In this document: positions 39,521-52,430 of the stretch, in pieces
Layout of the letters: every line of letters starts with the position of its first letter
Position numbering within the stretch: the stretch's first letter is position 1
Origin: Syncephalis fuscata S228
Taxonomy: Eukaryota > Fungi > Zoopagomycota
Assembly (NCBI GenBank): GCA_025786725.1
Contig: JAHLTZ010000020.1
Location: 124,001-188,000 of the forward strand
Length of the DNA: 64,000 nucleotides
Reading direction: 5' to 3'
Made by a program: the position numbers and the translations under genes
The notes under the pieces: generated by a model
Databases searched by the model: none
What the model was told of the DNA's origin: nothing
The model's input: the letters and a program-made list of their open reading frames with translations, nothing else

Positions 39521-41621
39521 TTATTCAAGCGCCTCTTCTTCTTGTCTTAGCATTTCCTCAATACGTTCTCGAGTCCGACGTTCGCGAAAAGCGCGCGCAT
39601 CTATGACATATTGACGCATTAGCTGCATAGTTTTGACGTAGTATTTCTATAAATCGTATTTAATAAATAAGCATTATTACAGTTATGACTCTATCGGCTT
39701 TTATGTTTGACTTACGTTGCGCTCTTCCTCCGATAAGGCCCGCCAGCTCTTTACCGACTGTGCATTGAAATTTATCGAGCTTTGAGTGCCAGTACGAGTG
39801 CGCAATTCTTTCAGATACAATACATAGGAGCTTGGTGGTCGGGCCGGTTGACCGGGTTCAGGTAGCCGTGCACGTCGTGATTTACCCGTGTTAAGATAAT
39901 TATTTAGTCGCAACATTCGATTCATTTCTTGTATATGCGTCGCCGATATAGTCTCATACAGTTTACTGGATTTAATAGCTCGTTTTTTCTTCAATTGATC
40001 CGACTTTTGTACATATTGCTACAATAGAATAAACCATTAAATAATCACACTTTTACAAATATAATAGTTGTTGCTAACCTGTTTATCCTCGTTCGACATA
40101 GCTTGCCATTTGATGCTAGCAATGCGCATAAGTTCACCTGGCTTATTTACCACATTTGGCTTTCTATACAAATGGCGGCCTTCTGCGAGGAAAACAGAAA
40201 ATGCACCTTTGGCTGCTGGTACAAATGTTACAGGCATGGCTATACACCACTATAGTTAGCCACTATACTGATTGACATAAAGATAAGCTTACTCGTAAAC
40301 GCAAGTTGTCGAGCCAGTTGAGCAGTTTTATTTGTGTTAGCCATATTGGATGTATACTTGGGACGTAGCTTTTTTACAAAGTTAGTTCCTTCTTTCATGG
40401 CCATTAGATGATAAGGCGAATAGTATTTGGCATAAGACGCCGCGTGCGATTCTAATGTAGATACATTCGAGGCAAATGCTGTATTATTTGATGTAAAGCT
40501 ATTTTGCGAGAAAATATCAAACACTTTAGTCTTCTTTAGTTTTCGTTGCTGTTCAGAGTTTAATGTTAACAATTAACAACTATAAACTACTAGTTCATCA
40601 TTAATATACAATTAGTCACTTACTTGACGTTTATTTGGTGTTGCAGTTTCAGTATCTGTATTAATTGGCGACTTTCGTGGCCGACCAGGTTTTCTTTTTT
40701 CCTTTGGTTGACTTGAGTCGTCTGTATCTGCACTGACTTTTTGTCTTGGTCTACGTTTCTTTATTGGCGTATCTTCGTTTGCTGGCTGTGTATCGATTGG
40801 TGTCTTTCGCGGACGACCACGCTTCTTTTTCTCCACTTCAACTGGTTTTACGTTATCTTTAACTATTTTTTTGGGACGTCTTCGTCTCTTTTTTACTAAT
40901 TCATTGTATAATTGTTAATTCAAATATGCAGATTATACGCTTAATATCTTACCACGACTAACAAGTTTTCTAGGATGTCTTCTTGGCCTGCCTAACTTCT
41001 TTTGCCAAAAATCTTCACTATCCATATATAATGTCAATTCATCTTCAGTCTCTCTATTACCATCTGGTTGATGTATTTGATCATATTCAACTTTTGCGTG
41101 CCCAACATTATCATGCCCTGTATTAAAAAGTGCATTCTTAAATAATTAGAATAAAGTATATGTATATATGAATATTCATTACTAATACCAATTTTTAAAT
41201 CTAATTGTTGTTTAAAAGTTTGTAATATGTGTGTTTGGTTAGCTTCATCGATACTCGATGCTAATGTCGACGTGTGCTTTTCATTCTGTTGAATAGCAGT
41301 TGAATCTTTTTTATATACTTCTGCATCGAGTGGGACATATGACACGTAGCTATCATTCGACCATATATCTGTAGTCTTGTTTTTTGCCTCATTTAAAGGT
41401 GTAGTAGTTTTAATGACAAGATCATTATTGCTATTACTGTTATTGCCGCCATTATTGTCATTACACTGCGTTGTATACAAAGCTGTCGCAATTGCGCTTG
41501 TGTCGACAAATAACGGCCGCCCAGCTTTACTCAACAGCGGTAAAGGGTGGCGCTGAGGTAAGTAAGCCAAATATAAGGATTTGGCAATAAAGCGCTGACA
41601 TTGCATACGAGTAAACAACAT
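39521..41621 (-). CDS. Putative mitochondrial DNA-binding protein: presequence + AT-hooks + two HMG boxes (Abf2/TFAM-like)
   Basis: Arg-rich, acid-poor N-terminus; KLGRPRR, KKRGRPRK and KPGRPRK; HMG boxes PAAKGAFSVF...WQAMSNEDKQ and PARPPSSYVLY...WRALSEEER|KYY. Confidence 0.7.
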
Positions 41622-42219
41622 GCAAACGGCAGTAATAAAAGAAAAATAAACAACTACGAGTTTTTATTGCGTGTCTTACCACACATTAAAAATTAAATCA
41701 TGATTACTGTGTTTATGGTTTATCGATTAACACTAACAATATACATAATAAATATAATATAATACTATTACAACTATCACTGAGGCTCTTGTTGGGTTGT
41801 TGGCTGTTTTCTAATGTTATTAGCTAACTTCCCTTCAAACTAGCTAATCTTGGTTATTCAGGTTAATCCTAGTATTATTTGTTACTAAGAAACAATTTAT
41901 TATTACTATTGCTATTGTTATTGTTGTGATTTAAAAATTAGTTTATATAAAGCTTAGAAACGGTAAAGCATAAGTGTCAACAAAATGGTTAGAATTGAGG
42001 GTGGCCTTGGTGACGAAACAACCGCATACTTGTACTTATCATGTTGATTGCGGTGTTAATTCCACTTCATTTCGACGCTACAATAGATATCGATATATTT
42101 TAGTACTTTAGTTGCATGGTAGATAGCCTTTGTTTAAAACCTCTAGATTAAATTACTAGATCATTCATTCGAGTATAAACATTATTTTAAATTATATAGA
42201 CTTGATATCACTGGACATT

Positions 42220-44423
42220 ATGTTTAAAAATATAGCCAGTGTTCCAAACAAGCCACTAACTATTAGTCGCAATAATAGACCAAATGTTACTTCGTGTAAG
42301 TTATAGCCAGATAACAATACAGCATGGGTAACCGTTACTTAAAAATAATACATGTTAGCCACGGTAGAGCCACCAGCTGCTGCACCGAAAAAGCTTGCCA
42401 CTAGTCTTCAGCACCCTGTAGAATGTGGTAATTATACTGACGAACACGATCCTATCGATAGTGCTACCTGCTTTGTTGCCAAATCAGCGCGTCGTCGTCT
42501 TCAAACAGTACAACAATGTATGTGTAAAAATAACCAATGAATTACGAATAACACGGTAATACAGATTTCCACGGCTATTATCAAAATTTCCTGGATCAAT
42601 TGAATCAACGAAATACGCGCCAGCAGCCGCATGATACAAATGTCGTCAAGGTAAATAACGTCAGTTTTTATTATTTCAACTTTTTAGTGACTTCATTTAT
42701 GTAAAATAGGATCAACATAGTTGTGAACAAATAGAGAATCGCGACCCTCAAGATAAGACACAGGTGCCGCCAACTCGACAAGTGCGACTTTCCTTAAGTG
42801 ATTTTCAATTGTTATCGCAAATAGGCCAAGGAGGCTATGGTCAAGTGTATTTGGCACAGAAAACCGATACTGGCGAGATGTGTGCAGTCAAAAAGATGAA
42901 TAAGCAAATGCTGCATAAATTAAATGAAGTACTTGAGTTGTTAGTACATTAATCGTTTGTTGACATATTCTTAGGTACAACATGTTTTGACGGAACGAGA
43001 TGTGCTTACAACTTCTACTTCACCATGGCTGGTTAAACTTTTCTATGCTTTCCAAGACACAGAACATCTTTATTTAGCAATGGTAGTGTCATAATAATTA
43101 CAATTAAATTAGCCTATCTAATTAAACGATTATTGCTGCTATTATTATCAGGAATATGTACCCGGTGGTGACCTTCGTACTTTACTTAATCACCGTGGTA
43201 TTTTGCGTGTTAAAAATGCACGTTTTTATTTTGCTGAAATGGTTACCGCGGTCGATGCACTTCATCAACTTGGCTACATCCATCGTGATTTGAAGCCTGA
43301 GGTACATGCGTGTACAACTCGGTAAAAGCTTAACATACGAGTAATTGTTGTATCGTAGAATTTCCTTATTGATGCCACTGGCCATATAAAACTGACCGAC
43401 TTTGGCCTGTCCAACGGTACACTAAGCCAAGCACAGATAGAAACAATTCGGGAAAAAGTAAGCTAATTCTATGTATATTATTGCTATATTTACATGTATT
43501 TGTTGCAATTAGTTTAATTCAACAAGCAACCATCTGCTTATTCGCCGTAATTCAAAGCAAAAACGCAATCTACAACTAATGAGACGACAGAATTTATCTA
43601 GAGTATTTAACTTTAATTTAATACAGCTACAAATCTGATTATTTAATCCTTTATAGGCGTTTTCTACCGTAGGATCTCCGGACTACATGGCTCCAGAAGT
43701 GTTAACGGCTATTGGCGGCTACGATCATGTTGTTGACTACTGGTCGCTAGGCTGTGTATTATACGAATTTCTAGCTGGACACGCGCCATTTACAGGCGCC
43801 ACAACCGACGAAGTATGGAACAATGTACGCCATTGGAAAAAAGTACTTGAACGACCAAAGTTCAATAATCCATCAATAAACATTAACTTCACTGATGATG
43901 CATGGCACTTAATTACCCAGTAAGCCAATCCATCATTCAATACACTTAATTACTTACCACTAGACATGCAAGGCTTATTACACATCGTGAGTGTCGGCTA
44001 TCTTCTCTGGATAGCATTAAAAAGCACCCTTTCTTCCGAACTACCGAATGGGAAGATTTACGCTCACATAAGGTATTTGGGAAATGCCAAACAATGCAGC
44101 ATCAACAACAGCTTAATGATTGGCATTAGGTTCCATTTGTTCCAAAACTATCAGCTCCCGATGATAATACTTATTTTGACGATTTTACCAATCCGGCTGA
44201 TATGGCTGCCTACAAAGATGTGCTGCAACGACAGGCGTATATCGAATCAGTCGGCGGCAATGCGGCTAATCCATCTCATATTACATTTATTGGATTTACA
44301 TTTCGTCATCGGCCCACCAACAGTTTGATCCGAAGCCACATCGACTCCACCACATATGGCATGGCCTCTTCTATGATTGTCGAGGAGGATTACGCCGAGG
44401 ATGGCGACAACAAAGAGAATTAA
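42220..44423 (+). CDS. DBF2: NDR/LATS family kinase Dbf2/Sid2 (multi-exon)
   Basis: [65 protein letters not shown] and the FIGFTFR hydrophobic motif. Confidence 0.9.
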
Positions 44424-45349
44424 GTCACAATAGATGCAGTCATGTATTGGCAATAATAGCCCAGTATTATTATTATTACTAGTATAGCTATTTTTATGGT
44501 GGCTATCATATTACTATTGCTAGAGTTTTATGCAAAACATCAATAACTCGAATAATAAATCATGATTAGTTTTTACTACTAAGAAGTGGTATTTGTTGAA
44601 GTAGTATCATATTAACTTTGATTGAATTAATCAGTGTCTTACTTAATATGCACTATTTCCAATATTCAATATTAGTGTTAATAAAATTAAATAGTGTTTC
44701 ATTTTACTTACAATAATATTACATTTAATTATGATGTTGATGCAACAATGTTAGTTTGATTTCTTATAATAGTACGTGGTAAGAAATCAGAAGGCCTTGG
44801 TTCACCACTAGCCATTGTACTGAATATACTGTGCATGTTTCTGCTGGCATTAACATCGCACTATTCATTCATTCATATAAATCATTCGTCTATTGCTTCA
44901 TCTCTTAGAATATGATTATATTTCATTATTTCAATAATGACACCTTCTATGACTACACTGTCTTTAAGAAACATCGACTTTGATTGTATTTCCTATTACA
45001 TTCAGTAATTTATTGGTAGTATGCTCTATAACAATGACTTTTAGTATTAAATGGCTTTAATGTTTCTACTGTATCTTGACTTCTACATTTTTTATTTATC
45101 CTTTCACCCCTTCACTTTTAAATACAATTAAACATTCACTCATTACTATAACATGTATAATATTACATCCAACATTAGTTCATTTATGTGTAATTATCAG
45201 GATAATATGTAATTAGTTGGTTATCTTTATTATTGCTTAATATATATATACATTGTCATTATGATATTAATTGTTCAAATGCCATTTATTTAGTCAGATT
45301 GGCTATAGGAAAAGTGATTGTTTAATAAACATATTTATAAAATTATATT

Positions 45350-45560
45350 AATATTGATCTTACATCACAAATATGTCCAAAATACACTAGTAGAATATTA
45401 GAAAGTAGAAAAGATCATTCAAACGCAAGAATCCATGCTGTACGTAGATGCAACGACTGCGGAACGATATGAAATTGCGATCATATGACTTTTATTAATA
45501 TTCGATCAATCTTTCTACGCATGATAGCAACAACAATAATCGACCCTAAATGTTTCAATG
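45350..45560 (+). pseudogene. Decayed Fanzor/TnpB nuclease C-terminus (RuvC-II region, Zn finger, RuvC-III)
   Basis: The frame from 45350 reads NIDLTSQICPKYTSRILESRKDHSNARIHAVRRCNDCGTI*NCDHMTFINIRSIFLRM, then NNNNRP*MFQ in a shifted frame. This fits the Fanzor pattern IDExxTSQxCxxC...HxVxxCxxCxxxWNRDxxAxxNI...RP..F. Confidence 0.75.
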
Positions 45561-45944
45561 AAATCAAATAGTATGTCACATTATTTATTTAATCAATTTA
45601 TTAACAATATTTTAATAGGAAGTAATATAACTATGTTGTACATAATAATAGCATAATTTCGATTGGAACAAATTGTGCTTTGAGGCAGATGTGGGAGCAA
45701 AGTAAAATGCAACCATAGCCTTTTAAATAGTGTAACATATCATTTGATTTTCTTGAAACATCTAAGACCGATCATTGTTGGCCATGTGTAGGAAGATTAA
45801 TTGAATATTAATAAAGCCATATACTGATTCCATATTATTCCGCAATTGTTGTTGTTGCGCTAATATATACATGCTATGTATTATTCATTTTTAGCTTTAG
45901 CTTTTAGTACTTGTCAGTTGAGTTAAATAAACTGCATCATCATG

Positions 45945-46710
45945 TAAAATATTGTGTCTCATTTAACATCATTATAGTATGGTTTGGGGACAAATGACTA
46001 TTTTTATTAACATCCAATTTATTGAACATGATGATGAATGGTGAGTGACATCAATCATCAAATACTCATCATTATAAATTTATTATTCAGTATACATGTA
46101 TAATCTATTCACCTATATCATTTCCATTCCATGATATATTAGACACATTTTATTGTTTACATGCTTAATACACTTCATTCATTCCTCTCATTGCGCCATA
46201 TACACTATAAATTAACAGAGTTATTATGCTTTCTTACCATACATTTGTCATTTTATATACTGCTTTATTGTTTTATTGTCTACTAACTACGCACTATTTA
46301 TTATAGTTGGCCTTTTGGTGCTAGCTATATTATTGGTCAATCTCAGCTTATTAAGCTTTATGTACTTGCAACCTATAGCAAATAAATGTGTTTAATATAC
46401 CATAGAATAATAATGATATAGGTGAATAGATTATATATGTGTACTGGATAATAGATCTACAATGATGAGTATTTGATGATTGATGTCACTCACCACCCAT
46501 CATCATGTTCAATAGATTGGATGTTGTTGGATGTTAGTCATTTGACCACTAAAAAGCAATAAATGTAATGATGTAGCGATTAAGTAAAACTCCCACTTGT
46601 CCTATGTTCAATAGATTGAATGTGCAGTGCAATTACGCGAATGTTATTAAAAGTTATTTGACCCCCAAATCACATTAAATGACTAATAGATTGTTTAATG
46701 TAAAAATAGA
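45945..46710. mobile_element. MITE-like element with ~150-bp TIRs
   Basis: caaatgacta...aacatccaatttattgaacatgatgatgaatggtgagtgacatcaatcatcaaatactcatcatt...ctattcacctatatcatt mirrors aatgatataggtgaatag...aatgatgagtatttgatgattgatgtcactcaccacccatcatcatgttcaatagattggatgtt...tagtcatttg. Confidence 0.75.
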
Positions 46711-46730
46711 TATCTTCATTTAATTAATAA

Positions 46731-47012
46731 TTAATGTAATATATACAATCCATAAATTAAATGGTATTGTACAAAAAAGACTATGAACAAACTGAAATAC
46801 AGATGAAGGAGTTGCCTAAGTGGTGGAATAAAAGAAAGAATAAAAATCAATTGCATAAAAGCAAATATAATTATAGAATATATCAACAGTAGAACAATGA
46901 GTGTAATAATAATGACAAACAGCAGACAATAAAGACAAGTATATTCATAGAACAATGTCACTGGTAAAATAAGAAGTATGGATGCCAATGCATAAACAAA
47001 TGCCATTATCAT
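46731..47012 (-). CDS. Possible small hydrophobic membrane protein
   Basis: 93-aa ATG-initiated ORF with about 3 hydrophobic segments. No motif; could be chance in T-rich DNA. Confidence 0.25.
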   Translation of the reverse strand: MIMAFVYALASILLILPVTLFYEYTCLYCLLFVIIITLIVLLLIYSIIIFAFMQLIFILSFIPPLRQLLHLYFSLFIVFFVQYHLIYGLYILH

Positions 47013-47442
47013 AGAACATGATATTATAATTGACAGCTAAACTTTAAGCATTAAATTCAGTATATAAGCAACATTGTTTATTATGAATGATCATTTAAAT
47101 ACAAATTAATCTAATCAACTCGTCACTTATTTAAATTATTACGATCGATTGCGTAAAAAGATCTACTGCCTCCAGCGAGGACTAGAATAGATAGTCGACC
47201 AGGCGAAACTTTTACCCCCTTCGCATTTATATATTTAAATTGCTACCATGATGGCATGAGCACCCTACGTGCTTTGGCTTTCCTTCTCTCTCCCCTTCTT
47301 CGCCGGCTCGCTTTTCCTTTTTATTCTACGCAGCACTATTTGGCTTGAATTGCACAAATAGCTGCTTTATTCTTTTATTTGGCTGCTTTCCGGGTCCATA
47401 GTTTATCTTTTACATCCTGTAGCATTTATATTGTAGAACAAT

Positions 47443-48460
47443 ATGAAAAAGTATAAAACAAAATTCCCTGTGGTAAGTATTGTGTACACACAGCATATAA
47501 ACTAGAAAGCAGCACTGCTTATTGCGAGTAGACTAGGCCAGAAACTAACGTATTTTATTGTTTGACATAATATTAGGCGCGGATCAAAAAGATCATGCAG
47601 ACCGATGAGGATGTAGGCAAGATGTCGCAAGCTACACCTGTTCTAATTTGTATCCTTTAATAGTAGTGCTAATTGTAACAAGCAGAACATGTTCGATTTT
47701 ATATAGTTATATGCTTAACTAATAAATGCCGTATTAATAATAACAATAATACGAATTTATAGCAAAAGCACTGGAACTATTTATGCAATCGCTTATTGAG
47801 GAATCTTGCAAAGAAACGCGTAAACGTATGGGCAAACGCTTGACCCCATCTCATTTGTAAGTTTGGCAACTATTTTTAATCAAACATAACTAAATGGCTT
47901 GTTGTAGGAAACAATGCATTATGCATGCTCAAAGCTTTGACTTTCTCAAAGAGTTGTCGCCGAAGTACCTGATCCTGTTGGCGATACAGATGTAGTGACG
48001 ACCAGCTCGGGTGAACCTGGAGTACCGCAAGTTAGCCGTGGCCGAGGAAGGCGTCCTAAAGGCAGTGTTTCTGGAACACAGTCTGCGACTTCATCTTTTC
48101 GTAACGAAACACATCCTGGATCACCGCCCTCATCGGTTGTGGGCATTAAACGAGAAGGATCAGAGATAGGATCGGATGTGGCTAATGATCAGTCACGGCC
48201 ACTGTCGTCAGAAGAGTGGCAGCCATCTTCTGTATCGTCGTCGGAAACCGCTAGTTTAGAACACCCAAATATGCTACCATCTAATACGTCTAACAACAGT
48301 ATGTCTATCACTTCTGTTATTAATGTAGCCTCTACCGATGAACACTTAGATAAGGAGCCTGTACGATCAAGAAAAAGGTATTACACAGTGCTATTGTCGT
48401 TTATCATTGACTAATAGAATGATATCATTGTATAGTAGACGAATTTGGGACGAGAATTAA
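47443..48460 (+). CDS. BUR6: Negative cofactor 2 alpha (Bur6/DRAP1), histone fold; 1-nt gap near 47953
   Basis: MKKYKTKFPV|ARIKKIMQTDEDVGKMSQATPVLI|SKALELFMQSLI...LTPSHL|KQCI...FDFLK. Confidence 0.93.
47650..47762 (+). other. U12-type (minor spliceosome) GT-AG intron in NC2-alpha
   Basis: 5' splice site GTATCCTTT (perfect U12 consensus); TGCTTAAC branch-like motif at ~47712; splicing restores the PVLI-SKALE frame. Confidence 0.8.
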
Positions 48461-48625
48461 AACAACAGTGGTTATTATAATGGTAAACTTTACTTAGATA
48501 TTGAACTTGAAGCAGAGAAAAAGAAAACAAAGACAGTAGTGAATTGTTGGCTGTATAGCGTATTTGTTTATGATTGTGTTAAAACGAACGAACAAACAAA
48601 CCAATGAAAAATATGCAAATTTTAT

Positions 48626-49738
48626 TTATTGCAATAGTACTTTGTCTACATCCATTGAAGTATCAGTGCTGTCTTTTGGCAATAGCTGACCCTCTTCATC
48701 CTCTTCGATTGCTGTTCGTAACGGATGATGCCGATGATGCACTGTATGGGACTGTGAGGATCGGGCTGGACCAGAAGCTACACGATCATTCAACTCCCCG
48801 TCGGTATCGTTGTGTTGAGTATCTATGTCTATGTTTGGCGTACCAATGTCAGCATCAGCCATTTCGAGAGCTGCTGCATCTATACTCGGGTCTCCGTCCG
48901 TTTCGGCCTGAATTGCAGCGGTCATTTCGGCTATACAATCGAGTATACGACGAAGATGAGCACGACGCATTTCCACACGATCTGCATGTTTTTCCTGGCT
49001 ATTGCCCAGTTCATTAATTTCTTCGCGTAGTCTATGAATATTACTATAATTTATAAATTAGAAATAGCTTAACGCCAGGTAATAAACATGACTAACCGAT
49101 GTGATGTATCTCGTGTTGGCAGTTGATTAATCTTAGTCGCCAATCGATCGTATTCTAGTTTACGTTCCCTCTCTTGACGTGCTTCATCTAGTTCTTTTTT
49201 AAGCTCTAGTACATGTTCGGCGGCATTTTTAGTTTCGTCAGCTATCAATCAAGTATATCAATATAATGAGTTGTGCAAAATCACGTATTAGTTATATGAA
49301 GTATTGTCGAATACTGTAGATGCTACCTACCAAGTGTCACCGCTGTTTGCTGATATCTTCGGCTTTCCTCGGCACTTGCTTCGAGCTGTAATCGCTGGCG
49401 TACTGCAAACAGCCGAAACTGTTCAATATCATAAATGACTTGCAAGTAGGCATCTTGTCTAAATGCATAAAATATAGCTGGTTTAAGCCGCACAATACCC
49501 GCAACTATACGCATTCAACTTACACTAACTGTCTTTCATCGCCACTTGGTACAACGTCCATAGCGGTGGGCGATGAGTCGGCACGACATAGCTTGACGAA
49601 TTCCGCGTAGCGTTTTAACAGCCGGCGAAGTAATCGCTCATCAGCTACAAGCCGATTTAATACTATGGCTAGTTAAAGTCTAAGTTACTACTGTTAAGTT
49701 TATAAAGGTGCGGTTATACCTGGATTCAGCGTTGCCAT
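48626..49738 (-). CDS. THOC7: THO complex subunit 7 (multi-exon)
   Basis: IVLNRLVADERLLRRLLKRY..., LKKELDEARQERERKLEYDRLATKINQLPTR... Confidence 0.8.
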
Positions 49739-49795
49739 AACACTGATTGACTACGTGTGTAATAAAAAAATAGAAAGACTGTCAATAGATTCATC

Positions 49796-50227
49796 GATGC
49801 ACTCAATAGCCATCAAAATGAGGCTGATCACATTGCCAACTCGGATGTGAATGCCTACACCACTGCAAACAACGTTTGTGCCAACAACAACTATGTCAAT
49901 AGCGCTAATCATAACTTTGTTGGATAACAAATGGGAACATGTGGCAATAATGCCGAATATCGTGTTTGTAACATGTCCTGAATAAACACGTATTTGAACT
50001 ATTACAAACAATTGCTTTGTAAAATGACTATTAGTTTTTATTATATAGCGGAATATGTAATTTAAATTAATGAGTACCACTTATTGAACTAGCTAAATCC
50101 AATGCTTTCTACTATAAAATATTGTTTGATTAGATTGTAACATACATCATTAATAGTAATAATATTTTAATATTAATTTAACAACAAATGTTTGATATTT
50201 AATAATCACTGGCTAAATAATATATAT
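49796..50227 (+). pseudogene. Inverted partial copy (3' coding end and downstream) of the Asn-rich secreted protein gene
   Basis: Reverse complement of ~34338-34766 with a few substitutions; sits about 58 bp upstream of the THOC7 ATG. Confidence 0.88.
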
Positions 50228-50438
50228 CCAACTTTAAATTAGTTTAATAAATACTGCTAAATACTATATTAATGATATTAAATAATGAATAGTTTTTGTG
50301 TATTAATTTAAAAATACTGTATTAATTAAAATAAACTAAATACATTTTAACAGCAAATAACTAGATTGCCCTATAAAGCATTGATAGATTATAGAAATTC
50401 TTATTAATTCAATTACTAAACGAATTTATTCATAATAA

Positions 50439-52430
50439 CTAGCGATTCTCAGTATCGATACCGTTCAACGATGAATCGCTCACTTGCACCCCGGGCACCG
50501 TCGTGCTTGTATGCGCCTTGGGAGGCTTTTCCAGTATGGAGTAATGACCAGCTGACGATTTTCTTTCTTCAATTTTGCTTGATGCTGAATCAGATTCTAC
50601 AACTGTTTTCCCACTAAGTGTAGAGTTTCTTTTCGACTGCTCCTTTTTGTTTGGCCAGTGCAATCCTAGTGCCATAGAGCATGCCAATGCGCGTACAGTA
50701 AATACTGTATGCTTTGTGACTTCAATTACGGCCATTTCATTGATTGTTTCTAGCCCATATTGCAAATGCCAAAAGCAATACATAAAGAATTTTGTTGCAG
50801 AAAATGCACATAAAATAGCCGTCAATGCAACCAACAATGTAAACTGTCAAGTATAATATTTCATTAGTACAGAGGAATGAAATAAGAATTTGGTTTACCT
50901 TGAGAATACGCGTTGCATTTCAGTGTATAGCCTCATTTTGTATGCATGATAACCAAATCGAAGTGCTATTATACAGCGCCCTTAGTAATAGATCATTGTA
51001 CCAAACAAATATTACCTACCAAATCCACTAAAGACAATAAAACCGACTATTGAAAACTGAGGTAGTATGTAACTCCAGTCCAATCCTATAGCTATATTCG
51101 TGTCTTGCTGTTCATTGCTGTTTAAAAAGCACATATTTAACACAAATGTGGCGTTAGATACCATCATATCCGAAAGAATAATGATTCGGAACCAGGTCAA
51201 TGTGAGACGCGGTAATGTTTGTTTGTCAATTACCACCCTTTTGATATTATAAATGGCAATTAGGTAATGCTTATATATACTAGATGTAACTTACCAATAC
51301 AAAAGTGCCATGCTACACGAAATTTCTCCCAAAAATGCAGTTACTTCACCAATGATAGTTTGGATGTAAGACAAGCCAAGGTTGTTCAAATATACCATAA
51401 ACACTGTTAATAGTTCGAGCCGGTTTTTGTTAGTAGTTATTTTTAAAATTTATTTTTATCCTCACTTACTGGTGCTGTAAATAATGAGAATAGAAAAGGT
51501 TATCCAATATAGATTTCGCGGCAATTCATTTATAAAAATCAGTCTGACAGTGCGAATGCATGTATATACAGCCATTCCTAGAACCTAAATGACATTTTGC
51601 TAATTATAAGCAAATAGTATAGATAGGCTGACGTGCAAATTACCAATGAGAACAATATATACTGATAGATGGTAAAGCCACTTGATAGAAACACTTGATT
51701 CCACGGTCCTGATTCTAAAACCATGGGTTAATTATTTTTTCTAAAATATACTATATCGCAATTTACCCTGAGTAGCTTCAAAATAAAATTGTGAATATAC
51801 AGACATATTGGCTTTGTGGAACAGTTTACTTGCTGACTGATCCAACAGCATAGCATCGATAGAGGGAGGTCCATCTGGTATTTCGGATGGATGTATCGTA
51901 CGGTAGCCAAAAGAATTGGGGCCCCAATAGGGAATAGTTGCATTAGTGCTAACCATTAATCCCATGAGTTTTACAGGTGCCAGTCCGGCTTTTACAAATT
52001 GTTGCGACAGGCTTTTTATTTCATTCCCAATCTAAAGCAAGTTACATTTAATTACAACGTTTTGCTAAATTGTTACTGCACTTACCTGGGCAATGGTGTG
52101 ACATCCAGCTGCAAGAGCATCACCTACATTTACGAATATAGCAACATTGGTATAATTAAACCGACGAAGTGTTATATGTCTAATGCTTGGATCAGAAACA
52201 TTGAACGCTTGCATCTCACAATTAACCGTGTTATTTTTCCATGGCCAATTTATCCCAGTGCCTTCATACTCATAGTAAGGTTGCCGATAGAGAAAATAGT
52301 CAAGTGTCGAAAGTGACAATACTTCATTCGTATCGGTTTTTATACGAAGACTGCCATAAGCGATATTTGGCAATGCTGATAGCCAGTAGAATACAAGAGT
52401 GAGAAAATGCCAAAAGAAAATAAATTGCAT
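50439..52430 (-). CDS. Signal peptide + PA-like domain + 7TM protein, paralog 2
   Basis: STLDYFLYRQPYY, NWPW, AGCHTIAQ|, YWGP, PDGPPSIDAMLL, ATQ|ESGPWNQVFLS, hydrophobic helices, ALGLHWP, cytoplasmic tail. Confidence 0.8.
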
